NCBI GenBank assembly: GCA_024137785.1
Contig: JAHRHZ010000102.1
Location: 1,048,220-1,112,219 of the forward strand
Reading direction: 5' to 3'
Length of the DNA stretch: 64,000 nt
Origin: Ginglymostoma cirratum
Taxonomy: Eukaryota
How positions within the stretch are numbered: the stretch's first letter is position 1; each line of letters begins with the position of its first letter. Made by a program: the position numbers and the translations under genes. The notes under the pieces were generated by a model that was not told the origin of the DNA, did no database searches, and saw only the letters and a list, made by a program, of their open reading frames with translations. Shown here piece by piece: positions 1-14,383 of this stretch.

Positions 1-3000
1 GATCTCAAAATGACCATCACATGAAGATCTAATGGAGTCACTGAAATAACTGGGACATGAATATCATAAACTTCCACATTGGCTGTTTCTTTACTCTTAA
101 ATGATTCAAAACCCTGCAATTCTCCCAAATAACATTGTGGGTGACCCCACACCTCAAAGACTGCAGTGCCAGAAACCACCATCTTCTCAATGAGGGCAAC
201 TGGGATGGGCAATAAGTGCTGACCTAGACATTGATACTATACCCCATGAGTTGATTTGAAAATGAGGGAAAATGACATCCAAGACTGAGCCATGTTCATT
301 CTGACAGTGGGTGAAGTGGGAGGGTCAGAGGGTTTCTTTCTGCTGGACTGGCCGCTCTCAAGACTTTGCTTCTAGTGGGGATGATGCTGTTTGAGTCTGG
401 GACTGCACATTCCCAAGGAAATGATCCCCAAAATCTGATGAAGCAAATTTATTTTGTACTAGATAGGAAATGATGTTTTCCTCATCACTACAATTAGATC
501 AGAAGTAAATATGTTTGTCTTTGTTCCATTGAGTCTTTCGCCCAATCAACTCAATTCGTCTCCGTCAGTATTTATGCTCCACATTCTTCCCTTTCATCTC
601 CCCTATCAGCAGATCCTTCTATTTCTTTCTCCCTCACATATGCATCCAACTTCTTAAATATATTCCTCTGTTCAGCTCCATCTCACGCTCTTGGAGTGAA
701 TTGCACGTTCTGACCTGTCGCACGGTAAAGAGGTTTCTCATGAAGTCACGATGGATTTTTAAATAACAAAGTGCAAATGATAGAGTGGTGATAAAGAGAA
801 CCACACCCCTTTAACGTGTGGTCTGTAAATATCCTGTTCCGGTTTTCTTGCTAATTAGCATATATTAATTTAAATGTGATAACTATTTTATTTGCTTATG
901 AATCATTGGCATCACTGGGCAGAGCCAGATTTATTGCCCATCACTGACCACCCTGGAGAGGATGGGGCCACCTATAGTCCATGTACTGTCGGTAGATCCA
1001 CGGTGCCATTAAGGGAGACTTCCAGGAATTTGACCAAGCGACACAGAAGGAACATGATATATTCCCAGGTCAAAGCCAGAAGTCACACAACACCAGGTTT
1101 AAGTCCAACAGGTTTATTTGAAATCATAGACTTTTGGGACGTTCCTCTTTCGCCAGGTGAAGCACTGCATTATTACTTTGTTACACATCGTAAGAAAGTG
1201 ATAAAGTCAGGTGCAGCGTTCAGAAAGCTTGTGATTTCAAATACACCTGTTGATCTATAACCTGGTGTCATCTGACTTCTGACTTTGTCCACCCCAATCC
1301 GACACCAGCACCTCCACATCATATTTCCAGGCCAACACGGTATGTGGCCTAGAGGGGATCTAGCAGGTGGTAGATCCCATGTGACTGCTGCCCCTGTCCT
1401 TCTGAATGGTAAAGACTGCAGATTCAGAAGTTGTGCTGTCAGCGGAGCCTTGCTGAGTCACTGCAGTGCATCTTGTAGATGGTACAGACTGCTGCCACTG
1501 TGCATCGGTGGTGAAGGGAGTACAGGGCCGTAGTTTGGGTGCAAATCAAGAGGGCTGTTTTGTGTTAGATTGTATTAAACCTGATGTAAGGCTTTTGAAA
1601 TTAAAAAAAAAAGCAAACATTGTCATATGAAACTGTCCACAAAGTGAAATATTGGTTTTTGATAGTTACCTCTGGATCAGACAAGTGAATGGAATGTAGT
1701 CAAGTTGGAAAATGATATCAAAGTGGGAATAAAAGACATGTCCTGGAGACATTCACATTAGGTTAGACATCATGAGAAAGTGATAAAGTCTCAGATGAGA
1801 TTCCTTCAGAATAAAGTCTTCCCACTGCAAGCACTAACCCCATTACACCCTTTCCTGTCCAATATATGCTTGTTACGTGTAGTTATTGAAAATGAAAATT
1901 AACATTTTGTCCACACTCCTCATGTCATCACTGTTAGTGAAAAATAACCCCCACCCTTCTTTCACTTCACCCTGGTGCATCCTGTGTGGTTACAGTAGAG
2001 GCAGAGACAGGTTACTCATACCCCTGCTCCCACTGCTCTGGATCTCAATGTTGTACGTTTACCAAACACAGTTTTATCTTTACCAATGTAGAAGAAACCT
2101 AAACCTGAACCAATCAAGAACAGATCGTTGATTTACACTAATCTCTAATTTGAAGCCCGATTCCAGCATTCACCGTTGTTCTTCCTCTGACTCTAAACCC
2201 AGTCAGAAACGAAATTCTGTTTCGTGCATAGGAGCTCTGAGCTATGGAAGACAGTAGCTGGGACACATTTCTTTTCCACAGCAGGATTAACCCACACCGT
2301 GGATTGGCGGTCAGCGAAGAGAGACGTGAAAGAGTAAAGTGCCATATGATCCCCTCTGTGTGACCCTGAAGGATGTGTCCCTGCTGAAGTTCTGTTGCTG
2401 CCATACGAATCTGCCCCACCCTGAAATTGTCCTTTCTGAGCTCCAGGTGCCGTTCAATCCTCTGGGCAAATACAACAATCTACAGTGATGTGCTGAAGCA
2501 TAGCTGATTTATTTTACATTTCTCTGGAATATAAACTTTAGTCCAATTTGACAGGTTACAAACATCATCAGAAACAAACTCCAAATGTCAGAACAAAGGT
2601 GTCAGAAAATTACAGTGCAGATCAAGGCCATTACTTTAAAATTTATTTGTATGATGTGGGTCTCGCTGACCACCAGCTTTACTTGGCCTGTCATATTTTG
2701 TGTTGCCTGAAATAGAACCACCCAGGCTTTGCAGCTTTCTGGACTCACCATGGAGACCAACAATTTCAGACTGTGAAGTCTGCCCCCAATTTGTTTACAT
2801 TTCTTGTTTCAATTTGTTTCTGTGTCTGCTGCATACTTGGTTCCAGGCACATCTTTTGTTTCTTTGTTTCTTTTCCAGCGCCATCTCCATTCCCCATGAC
2901 CTTGAAGGACTAATAACATTTCTGCAGTTTAATCTCTCCTGCCTTCCCCCTGTGACAGACCGCCTTCTTGCCCTTGTCTCACCCTCACTTTACTCAAAAC

Positions 3001-5770
3001 CTGTTACATTTCTGATGGGTCCCAGACCCCTGTGACATCACCGCGCCCCCGGGTCAGTGGCATGAGTTTTGAATTATCTTCCTCCAGAGAGAATCTGAAA
3101 TCTTTGTGGCTGCAGCTTTCCCAGATTTTATTTTGGAACAAAAACAGCGAAGTTGTTTCAGAGGTGAGGTTTTTTTTTGAGCCTTCACCCACAATTTAGT
3201 GTCTTTAGAGCTAAGCTGTAATCCTTCCAGAGTCCAAAAATGTTCAGGTTAGATGGATTGGCCACACTATATTACTAGTGTGCAGATTAGATGGTTGAGT
3301 TAGGCATGGTAAATGTGGGGGTTATGGGAATAGGATAGAAAGTCAGTGCGTACTCAATGGGCCAAACGACCTCTTTCTGCACTGTCGGGATTTTGTGATT
3401 CTAACCAGTTGTGATCATGGTCACGTTTTCCTCATGTCAGCCCACACATAACCAGGTTCATTCAGATGATGTATTCATGCTGCCTTTGTGATTTTGTGGG
3501 TTCTTACTCAGACCCTTTTTGGTTTACACAGTGTAAATGAGAATGAATTTGTAAACAGAAATTTTCCAACCAAAATCCCTTGCAGATTAGGAACTATTTC
3601 TGCTGCTGGCATCACTCACAAGGACCAGGAAAATAAAGGTTCAGTCACAAATCTTACTGGAACACAGGTTATAATTGCCCGGAAAGACTGAACAGCTTAA
3701 AACTCTTTCCTCAAGAAAACAGGAGGCTGAGAGTTAAGCTGATACAAATGGGAAGCTTTGTTCCTGTGAAATGAAATCATTGGATCTTAAACAAATAATG
3801 GGAATCAGTACTGAGGAAGAGTGACTCGACCCAAAACATTAACTCTGATTTCTGTCCACAGATGGCACTAGACCTGCTGAGCTTTTCCGCAATTTCTGTT
3901 TTTGTTTCTGATATACAGCTTCTGCAGTTCTTTCGGTTTATAAAAATTGAATCTGTCGCATTTTTCATTGCCCTGAGGTCATCAAAGGAACTGTCTAAAG
4001 GTGCATCTTTCTTTCTGTCTGTCTGCCTGAGTTAACAATCAGATGGAGAGGTCACTGACTTTTCTCCACAAATCCACGATTGAATCAGCCTTCCTCACAC
4101 TCTCACGCCCGTCACCACTCGCTGGGTCATGGAGAATGGCTGTTAGAATGGGAGCTTCCTTTGATGTGGCCTGAACTTGTGCTTCTGCCCACTTCCCAGT
4201 TCCCTGCATTAATTCCAGATGCCTCTCGTCTGCCCAATAGTGTTGTTGAAGAACTTGAGAGGAGAGCGGACTGAAACTAAGAAATTAAAGAGTCAGATGA
4301 AAGAGCAAGAGAAAAACAAACAGGTTTTTGTGGATCCCAAGGGGATGAGACTCCAGGATCTGTCTGTTGTGACTGTTCACACGGTAACAAAAGACAATAT
4401 TCTCTGATGAGGGTCAAACCTGGGCAGGAGGAGACAGAGCACTGAATAGCAACAGATTTAGTTCAAACACAGGAGATTTATTCAGCCAGTAATACATGTA
4501 GTGTAATAGTCATGGATGAGAAGTGAGTAGTGAGGGGGAAATATTGCCACAAACTGCAGATGGACAACTTTTATAGAAACAGCAGTAGACCATTCAGGCC
4601 CTCAAGCTTGTTCTGTCATTCACTGAGATCATTGCCTGGTCTGTGGCTCAACTTTCAATTTCCAAAACCCACCAAGCCTATTAATGAGGCTCCTCTGAAA
4701 CAGACAAGGTGAATATTGAAAAGCCTAAAAAACTGCAGATGCAGGGAAATCAGAAACAAAAACAGATTGCTGGAAAAATTCAGCAGGTCTGGCAGCATCT
4801 ATGGAGAGAAATCAGAGCTAACCTTTCAGATTCAGTGACCCTTTGAGTGACCAAAAGCAGCTGACCATTCCGTCTTTTCTGTAACACTCTCTGGGACAGG
4901 TTATGGTGTGAGGGCCATGAGATTGTCAATAACAACTGTGAAAACAGCAGGATATGCTCAATCAGAATAAAACACATTTTGGTCTTTCACTTTCAAATCA
5001 ACTATAACAATTTATTCACTAATTATTTCAGAAACAGGATAAGAGACCAGAAAATCAACTCAGTGCCATTGGGTCTGGGAACCATTGTTAACTCTGACCA
5101 GGTCTGGCCTTCGTGTGAGTCCATACCATAATGACAATATTGATTCTTAACCATCCTCTGGGCAGTTAGATCGGATGATGTGTGCTTGCTGAGCTTGTGG
5201 TGCCATGATCCCATGAACAAGCACAAAAAATAATTCAATTACTGAAGTTACTTGTGAACCTGCTGTTGTTTCATCAAGCTAGATGACTGAGTGATTTTTT
5301 CCCCCCACACTCATAGCAGGTGAACGACCTCTCTCCAGTGCGTATTTGCTGGTGTACAGTGAGGGTTGATGATATCCTGAACGCAGCCCCACAGTGAGAC
5401 CTCCTGAATGGTCTCCCTTCAGTGTGAACATGTTGATGGTACATCAGTCCACTTGAGCTTTTATAGCACTTCCCACAATCTGCACATTTAAAAGGGTCAC
5501 TCTTCAGAGTGAACCTGTTGGTGTTTCGACAGAAATCATTCCCGCACCTGGAGAAGATGAATGGTCTCTCCCTAGTGTGGACTCAGTCTTGTGTCAGCAG
5601 GTGGGATGACTGAATGAATTCCTTGCCACACTTACAGCAGGGAAACAGCCCCATTCCAGTGTGAAACTGCTGTGAATACCTTCTCACACACGAAGCAGGT
5701 GAACGGTTTCTTTCTGGTGTGATTGGGCCGATGTGTTTGTAGCTTGGATGGCTATTTTACCTCCTTTTCC
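1..5770 (+). repeat. Segmental duplication copy A (runs off the window start)
   Basis: Colinear similarity to 38364-45470, e.g. 1-70 vs 38364-38430, 2200-2400 vs 41865-42060, 3540-3800 vs 43225-43480, 5000-5750 vs 44670-45440. Confidence 0.92.
1072..1320. mobile_element. Penelope-derived inverted-repeat mini-element
   Basis: 1078-1135 is an imperfect reverse complement of 1224-1280; flanked by imperfect direct repeats; absent from copy B near 40795. Confidence 0.65.
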
Positions 5771-5790
5771 AGGATGCCTGCTTCACACCA
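5240..5790 (-). pseudogene. C2H2 zinc-finger pseudogene
   Basis: Minus-strand HTGERPFTC-type linkers (plus-strand gaatggtctctccc..gtgtg) with frameshifts and stops; paralogous to 44920-45660. Confidence 0.8.
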
Positions 5791-6020
5791 TTCCCTTGGT
5801 GACACTAGAGCACAGGTACAGCTTTAGGCTGCTCATTTGAGCCATTGGAGGTGTTTAAATGAACACTACCCCCCTCTGCTGTTGCCATTTAAAGGGACAG
5901 AGACATTGTATGAGAGTGACTGGTGTCAATCTGGACAGCAGGGAAATTGGATCTTGAGAAACAATTAACAAAGTAGTAAGTTAGAATCTGGTCTGAATTC
6001 CTCTTGCAATTTCGTTACAG

Positions 6021-6870
<850 letters not shown>

Positions 6871-8139
6871 CAAACGTCACTGCAGGATTCTGATTTCACT
6901 GTTATTGTTCATCAGATTCAGGACTGGACTTTGTTCATGATGATATTGTCAGAGTATTGATGTTGTTTACCACGGTTACTGGGTTTGAGTTGACTGAATT
7001 TATCAAACTTTCTGAACCTCAGGATGACTCTGTGGGTAGTAAGTCTCCAGGACAGCAAAGTGACAATGAGCAGGGATCATCTGTTTTGACTGAGATTGGT
7101 TAGGTGGAGTGGTTTCACAGCCAGGTGACCTTGGAGAAGGTGCACTCGATATCCTTCAATACTCTCAAAGCATTCAGAGATAAGTGGCACTGCGGGCGAT
7201 ACACCTCTTTATTTCCACCTTCAACTAAACTTTGATTTAGTCCCTTAGCACTTTCCCTACCCCATCCCTCACTTTTGATCGTTTTCATTGCCCATAATGG
7301 GATTTGCTTGTAAATATTTAACTGGTTATGAGAGAGTTTTACTGGTGATGGTTGTTAGTAAACAAAAAGCAAAAAGAACTCATGGTGATTTTAGTGGTGG
7401 GAAGGCACTCACCTGTGTTTGATAACACTTCTGAGTAGGAGAAAAGGGGAAGAAAAAAGGTTTCTCCACTGGTGAAACCAGAACTGAAAAGCAGTTAAAT
7501 CGAACCAACAGATTGGACAGGGAAGGAACATTTCCCTGGCTTTTGACTAACTGTAAAGTGGTGCTATCTGGGAGGAGATGGGTTTTTGTTTCACAGAGTG
7601 AATGAAATTTTTAAACTACTATATTTAGATAGCTTTGTTTGTTCTATTTTCATGATATCTATTGTAGAATGGACTTCTATTTCGTTGTTAAAACCAAATC
7701 TGAAACCTTGTGTCTATGTTTCAGTGAAAGGCTACCATGTAACACAAAATACAAGATGACATATCAAACCGTAATTCATTCTGAGATCTAACGAATCCAG
7801 GGTAAACAGCAGCTGGGATCATAACACCTCACACAAGCTGTCCTCAACTTTGTCTCTGAAAACTGATGTGGAGACAATTTCCTGGAGAATACATACCCAG
7901 CCTGCCTTTCTTACCTTCCCCCACCCACCCACCTCCAACCCCGCTTACGTGGAAATATAGAGGATAAAGAGTAGGAGTAAGCCATTCAGCTTTTTGTGCT
8001 TGCTCCGCCATCATGGATGATTATCCAAGTCAGTACTTTGTTCCTGCTTTCCTTCGATACCATTTGATCCCTTTACCACCAGAAGTATATCTAAGTCTTT
8101 CTTGAAAGCAATGTTTTGGCTTCACCGCTGAGTGCTTCA

Positions 8140-8970
8140 ATGATATGCTATACCTGCCCCCACACCTCCTCCCTCACCCCAATCCCAGGCCCCAAGAAGA
8201 CTTTCCACATCAGGCAGATGTTCACCTGCACATCTGCCAATGTGGTATACTGCATCCGCTGTACCCGTTGTGGCTTCCTCTACATCGGGGAAACCAAGCA
8301 GAGGCTTGGGGACCGCTTTGCAGAACACCTGCGCTCAGTTCGCAACAAACAACTGCACCTCCCAGTCGCGAACCATTTCAACTCCCCCTCCCATTCCTCA
8401 GATGACATGTCCATCCTGGGCCTCAGGCAATGCCACAGTGATGCCACCTGAAGGGTGCAGGAACAGCAAATCATATTCAGCCTGGGAACCCTGCAGCCCA
8501 ATGGCATCAATGTGGATTTCACAAGCTTCAAAATCTCCCCTCCCCCAACCACATCCCAAAACCAGCCCACCTCATCTCCACCTCCCTAACCTGTTTTTCC
8601 TCTCACCTCAAGCCACACCCCCATCTCCTATCTACTAACATTATCCCGCCCCCTTGACCTGTCCGTCCTCCCTGGACTGACCTATCTCCTCCCTACCCCC
8701 CTACCTACACTCACCTTTACTGGCTCCATCCCCGCCTCTTCGACTTGTCTGCCTCCTCTCCACCTATCCTCTCCTCTATCCATCCTCTATCCGCCTCCCC
8801 CTCTCTCCCTATTTATTTTAGAACCCTCTTCCCCTCCCCATTTCTGATGAAGGGTTTAGGCCCGAAACGTCAAGTTTTCCTGCTCCTATGATACTGCTTG
8901 ACCTGCTGTGTTCATACAGCCCCATGCTTGTTATCTCGGATTCTCCAGCATCTGCAGTACCTTTTATCTC
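8140..8970 (+). mobile_element. Penelope-like element (Neptune type), 3' part: GIY-YIG endonuclease plus pseudo-LTR
   Basis: NVVYCIRCTRCGFLYIGETKQRLGDRFAEH...VANHFN GIY-YIG motif, C-rich tract, and terminal repeat containing a hammerhead motif. Confidence 0.9.
8840..8875 (+). ncRNA. Minimal type I hammerhead ribozyme motif
   Basis: attt-CTGATGA-agggt ttag gccc-GAAACGTC-aagt: intact core boxes, stem II, ACGT mini stem III and 4-bp stem I. Confidence 0.8.
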
Positions 8971-9122
8971 TGTTCCAGTGATATTGCTGTGTTACTGTAT
9001 GGGCATAGGCAGGGGTGATGTGATGGTTCTGCCTCCTGTCTGATGCACTCTGTGTCCAATATCATCCTGCAGTCAGCCAGATTTGAGTGACTGGAGGTAC
9101 AAAGCATTTCAGAGTTCTCACT

Positions 9123-9377
9123 TGTAGGAGCAAAGCCCCTGAGCGAGGACAAAGACTCAGGAGGCAGGCAGAATTCAGGATCATGGCAGACTTTATTTGA
9201 GCAGTCACTGGATCATGCAGGGAGACAGTCAAAGACCTCCCTCCCCAGGCCCAACCCCCGAATCTGGCCTTGATATGCGTACTTGGCTATTCCCGTAATT
9301 TTTAGCTCAGATTGGAAGAGATACAATTTTACAGTGAGATACAATAATTTTATATATTTTATGTTACAATAATCACA
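9123..9377 (-). mobile_element. LTR-like element
   Basis: TG...CA ends, minus-strand AATAAA at ~9192-9197, purine-rich tract just upstream on the minus strand (~9387-9398). Confidence 0.4.
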
Positions 9378-10794
9378 CACAATGTGCTCTTCCCCTTATT
9401 CTAAAGGTCCAATCCTATGAAACATCTAATCACTGATGGACACTCCTATAGACAGCCCTAGGTTCCCATGATCTAATGGTGTTTAAAGGACATTGTAATC
9501 ACCAAGCCTTGGGATCTTTCCATGCGCCCTATTAATTCTCTTTCCAAAGGTACTGGCTGTACTCCTTCGGACATATCCCACTTTTGCTTATCTTTAAAGG
9601 ACTATTGGTATTCTGTTATTCATTGCATTCATTTGCTATCTCTATCAAATTCAATTAGATCCCTTATATTTTCCATTGTCCTAATTATATAAAAAAAGAC
9701 AACAGAGAGTTTGTTCTTATTAACTGCTATAAGGTTTGTAATGTTAATTCCTATTATAAAGCTGGTTATATGTAAAGTTTTATATCTACCCCTGTTGTTA
9801 GCACTGTTTAGCTAATGAGTTGTAAGCAATTCGTTTCTTGCAGGGTACACCAGGTATTCCTGTAGTCATAAAGAAAAGTTTCCCGAGACTAATTAACTTT
9901 CACATCTATATTTGAATCTTTCACCGTAATGCTTTACATGATCGTTGTATTTTCGTTATATGTGTATATAATCATGGTGAAATCCATCTCTGATTACCTG
10001 AAGAATCTTTAATTAGAACCTATTCCTCAACATTGTGAATAGTTTCAAATAAACAACTAATTCCTGCAAAATGACATCATCTGCTGTTTTCATAGCTTAG
10101 GCTGACCATTTGCTGTCTTCTGGACTAAGATTTATTGACCTTATTCTAACAAATTATTTTTACCTAATGTGACAACATCCTTTCATTAATGAGGCTACAG
10201 ATAGTCACTGTCGTAGTTTAATGGACTTGTCTCATCCTTCGAATTTTTATAAGCCATAATCCCATTAATTTATCTGTGTTTGTTATTTCAAGGGTTACGC
10301 TCCCCTTAAATGTTTGTTACAAATCTTCAAACTGTCTGTCCCTGGACGTATCTTCCCAAACTGTCTCTAACAAATCCCTTTTGCCTCAGAATAACCCCTT
10401 CTCAAAAGGTTCCATTGTGTCATACTTAAATGCTGAAGGAGGCTTTTAATTCTGTTTAATCACTTGTCAGCCATTTTGTGCAGGACTAAAAGGACAGCTT
10501 AGCCGCAAGTCATCTTTTGTCTGAAATATGGACATGCCTAATAGGCCCCCTGTTTGGCCCAAGGGCAGATTATGGCTGCAGGGACAGTATTAACATGTGC
10601 TTTCAAAGCAAGGTAAAATAGGGTTCAGGGTCCAATTTCAAATTTTAAAAGTTTGTTCGACTCAGGTGGTCACCTGTGGCAACGTACTTATGCCTGTAGA
10701 CAGAATATCAGTTCATGAGTAGTTTTCTTTCAGTGGTGTTGCACCTATGACACTCTTGTCATGTAATGAGCTTATCATTTCTTTAGATGTTCCA

Positions 10795-10940
10795 CTAAAA
10801 ATCTGTTGACTTGGTGGTATGCAGGAGAGCTCCCTTCTCAGTTCGTCCTCCATTCACAGTCATCTTCTTCATTATTGTAGCAATGAAACATATTAAAAAG
10901 CTATAAACAAGATAACATAGGAGAACGATAAATGAAGAAA
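10795..10940 (-). mobile_element. Possible ERV env transmembrane anchor and cytoplasmic tail remnant
   Basis: Minus frame reads FSSFIVLLCYLVYSFLICFIATIMKKMT..., positioned 3' of the pol remnant. Confidence 0.35.
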
Positions 10941-10942
10941 AT

Positions 10943-12132
10943 TTAAGGTTTTGGAGTAGATTTGTAGCTCGGGTTGTGGGTGTTGAGGTTGGTTGGCTCG
11001 CCGAGCTGCTTTGTTGTTCCGCAGACGTTTCATTACCGTGCTTGGTAACATCCTCTGTGCAACCTCTGATGAAGTGTCGGTGTGTTTTCCCGCCTGGTTT
11101 TTAAACTCTGGGGTCCATTGAGCTGGATTGCCTGACTTCCGGTTTTCCTTCATGGTAGAATGTATATGGGGTCGAGTTCAATGTGTTTATTAATAGCATG
11201 CTTCGTGGAGTGCCATGTTTTCAGGAATTCTCGTGCTTGCTTCAGCCTAGCCTGTCCCAGGATCTTGGTGTTGACCCAGTTGAAATAGTGGCTCTCCTTG
11301 TCCATGTGGATTGAGATGAGTGAGTATTGGTCATGTCTTTTTGTCGCCAGTTGGTGTTCATGTACTCTTGTTGTTAGTTTCCTTCCTGTTTGTCCGATGT
11401 AGTGTTTCTCGCAGGTTCTGCAGGGGATATTGTAAATGGCATTGGTCCTGTCCATGGCGGGGAGTGGGTCTTTAGTTCGGATGAGCACTTGTCGTAGGGT
11501 TGACGTGGGCTTGTGTGCCACTCAGCTGCCTAGCGGTCGTAGGAGTCTTGTGGTGAGTTCTGACATACTCCTGATGTAGGGTAGTGTGATGAGTATGTCG
11601 GGGAGTGAAGAATCTTTCTGATGCTGTTCCTGTAGGCATCTCCTGACCCAGTTCTTTGGATATCCATTATCCTTGAACACTTAGAAGAGTTATTCCTCCT
11701 TCTCTTGGCATAGTTCCATGTTGCTGCAGTGTGTTGTTGCCCTTTTAACTAGTGTTTGCATGCAGCTTCGTTTGTGTGTGCTGGGATGGTTACTATTGAA
11801 GTTCAGTACCTGGTCTGTGTGTATGGCTTTTCAGTGTACTTTCGTTTGCAGTTCCCCATTTGTCTTGCGCTCTACCATGACGTCCAGGAATGGGAGTTGC
11901 TTGTTCTTCTCCTCCTCTCTGGTGAATTTTATTCGGTGAGGGTGTTGTTTATGAGTTTGTGTGTCTCTTCTAATTTGGTCCATTTCATGATGACAAAGGT
12001 GTCATCTATGTAGCGTATCCATAGTTTAGGTTGAATTTGCGGAAGGGCAGTCCTTCCCAGTCTTTGCATCACTGCTTCTGCTACGAGTCCGGAGATAGGC
12101 AATCCCATGGGTGTCCCATTGATTTGCTCGTA
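10943..12132 (-). mobile_element. Penelope-like element (Penelope/Poseidon type), 5'-truncated: RT C-terminus plus GIY-YIG
   Basis: YEQINGTPMG...WIRYIDDTF RT motifs; NAIYNIPCRTCEKHYIGQTGRKL..RVHEH endonuclease; terminal repeat with a hammerhead variant. Confidence 0.9.
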
Positions 12133-13300
12133 TGGACTATACCAAAGGCTCATTGACTGTCAGTATAGATGTTAACTTTTTGTCCTTTCTCCTAGCTGGA
12201 GGGCAGCAGTTAGAGCTTTTAGATCATTGCTTTTATTTCAGCTACCTGGGAAGAGAAACATCCTTCTTTCCTCTCTTCTGCCAAAAGTTCCCCTTTCAAA
12301 TTAACCATGCCCCACTCCGTTGTGGCCTCACCATCATAGTACCTCCATGCCACATCTACAAACATGTATTTCATATCTGGCCCCTCTAATGGCTCCTCCT
12401 TAACTCAACCCTGTCTCTCTTCTTCATGCGGGGAATATAATCACATGTCTCTCTTTCTTGATTCACATAGCCTGCTGGGTTCTCTATAGTGTCTTTAAGA
12501 ACTTCCAAGTGATTATCTCCTGGCATCGCTGCAGCTTCACATTTGGCTCTCTCTCTCTGTAACACCTGTCTATTTGCCAGCTTCAACCAGCTGGACTGTT
12601 CTATGTGGGGAGTGTAATATCACCCTGCTCAGTTGTGTCAAGGGGGAAGATGTCATTAGTGCTCAGGTAGCACATTGGATGGCTCGAATACACGAGTATT
12701 ATCCCAACATGACCAAATCCGTTTTGCCTGAGCAGTAACTCACAGGCTATAGCTTGTTTCCATGTCTCTGTAACACTACTGCAGATTGTTTGCCCTTGCT
12801 CTCACTGCAGAAGAGGTGAAATGGCTTTTTCAGGTCACAAAGTCGTAGTGCTGGTATAGAGGCCAGTGTCTGTCTGACCTTGACAAACGCCATCTCTTGC
12901 TCAGGTCCCCATTCATTTTTTTTATTTTTTNNNNNNNNNNNNNNNNNNNNNNNNNNNNNNNNNNNNNNNNNNNNNNNNNNNNNNNNNNNNNNNNNNNNNN
13001 NNNNNNNNNNNNNNNNNNNNNNNNNNNNNNNNNNNNNNNNNNNNNNNNNNNNNNNNNNNNNNNNNNNNNNNCCCGCAACGCCCCCCCCCACCACTCCTTT
13101 TGTAAGGTGTTGCAGAGGTCCCACTAATTCACGGTAGTTTTCTACAAAGTTCCTGCAGTAGTTAAATAGTTCTAAGACTTATCTTATTCCTTTATCAGCA
13201 ACTGTTTCTTTCTTATCATTTCTGGTAATGTCATCTGACTGAGGCAACCAGAATATCATCTACATTTTTCAGTTAATCCATTCACATAATATGCTCTAAA
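12133..13300 (-). mobile_element. Endogenous retrovirus pol remnant (RT, connection, RNase H), internally deleted
   Basis: Minus-strand (Y)VDDILVAS at ~13240-13266, LFNYCRNFVENY, WGPEQEMAF...PAL.L.D..KPFHLF and GQKVNIYTDSQ*AFGIVH. A connection domain plus a separate RNase H is the retroviral layout. Confidence 0.85.
12931..13071. other. Assembly gap (141 N)
   Basis: Run of N. Confidence 1.
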
Positions 13301-14383
13301 ATTCAGTATATCCCAGATTCAGTTTTCTTAATTGGAGTATTTCTAATCCTTAATTTCCCTTTCCGTGGAACACTTCACCCAATAATACTAAAATAACATT
13401 ATACATGGACTCAAAATCTCTCCAGCTTTCTTCATCTCCATCCATCTTGAGAATACTTCTTGAATATGTTTCCTTCCTTGCCAATTTTTTGAATGGTTGT
13501 ATCATTGTAGATCAAAGGCGGTACTTGCATATGGAGTTAGTTGCCACTCAATATACATGGTATCAAACAATAGAGCTCTAAACTTCACCAGGCTCTACCT
13601 TCAATTTATGCTTCCCACCTTTTATTTTTCCCTGGGGACCAACTTTCAGTGTCTCCAATTTCTAAAATATACAACTAAACAAGCTCCATCCATTCCACAT
13701 TAAGCAGAATGGGTTAATTAGTATTAATCGACAATGGATTCAAAAAAGCGGGTGGAGTGTAAACTCTTGTAGGTAATTACATCATCTGTCTCTCCTCCTC
13801 CTGTGAGGAAATAAGTGAATATATTTTATGTAAAGGAAAAGACTGCCTCTTTTGTTAAATTCTCCTTTTTTAAAATTCCTCTATTAGTTTTCTCAGATTT
13901 TAGAACATGCCATCGGAATTTTGTTCAAAGAGAATTGTATTTCCAAGATTCCAAATTTGCTATTACTTGCATACTTTCACACCAGAGTACATTTACAGTG
14001 AGCAAATCTTATCATCTGGAATTAAAGATTCACTTGTGTTAAAATAGCATTTGGAATTTTGCTCTGGCCAGAAAATGAAATTCCAAACATGGTCAATTCT
14101 GGAATTTAAATTTACCCAAGTCCAAACAAAACATGAAGTCAATACCAATACGCAAATTTTTACCAAGCTTTACAAATCAGTTTGTTGAAAACAACATTTC
14201 GTCGCAGATTTTTGCTTTACACAACCACTGATGGTTTCTTAAAAGGACCTTACATTAGCCATATGTGTTCCACATTGATACAGGCATACGCACCACTTTC
14301 AAATCACCATACATTCCCAAAAAGGAAACTAATTTTAAAGTATCTCCTGAGCTTGGGCTTCCAGGGAACAAAACACTTCTATT

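Noticed and set aside
12931-13071. Apparent insertion within ERV pol
   Set aside because: Assembly gap between homopolymer-rich edges; true size and content unknown.
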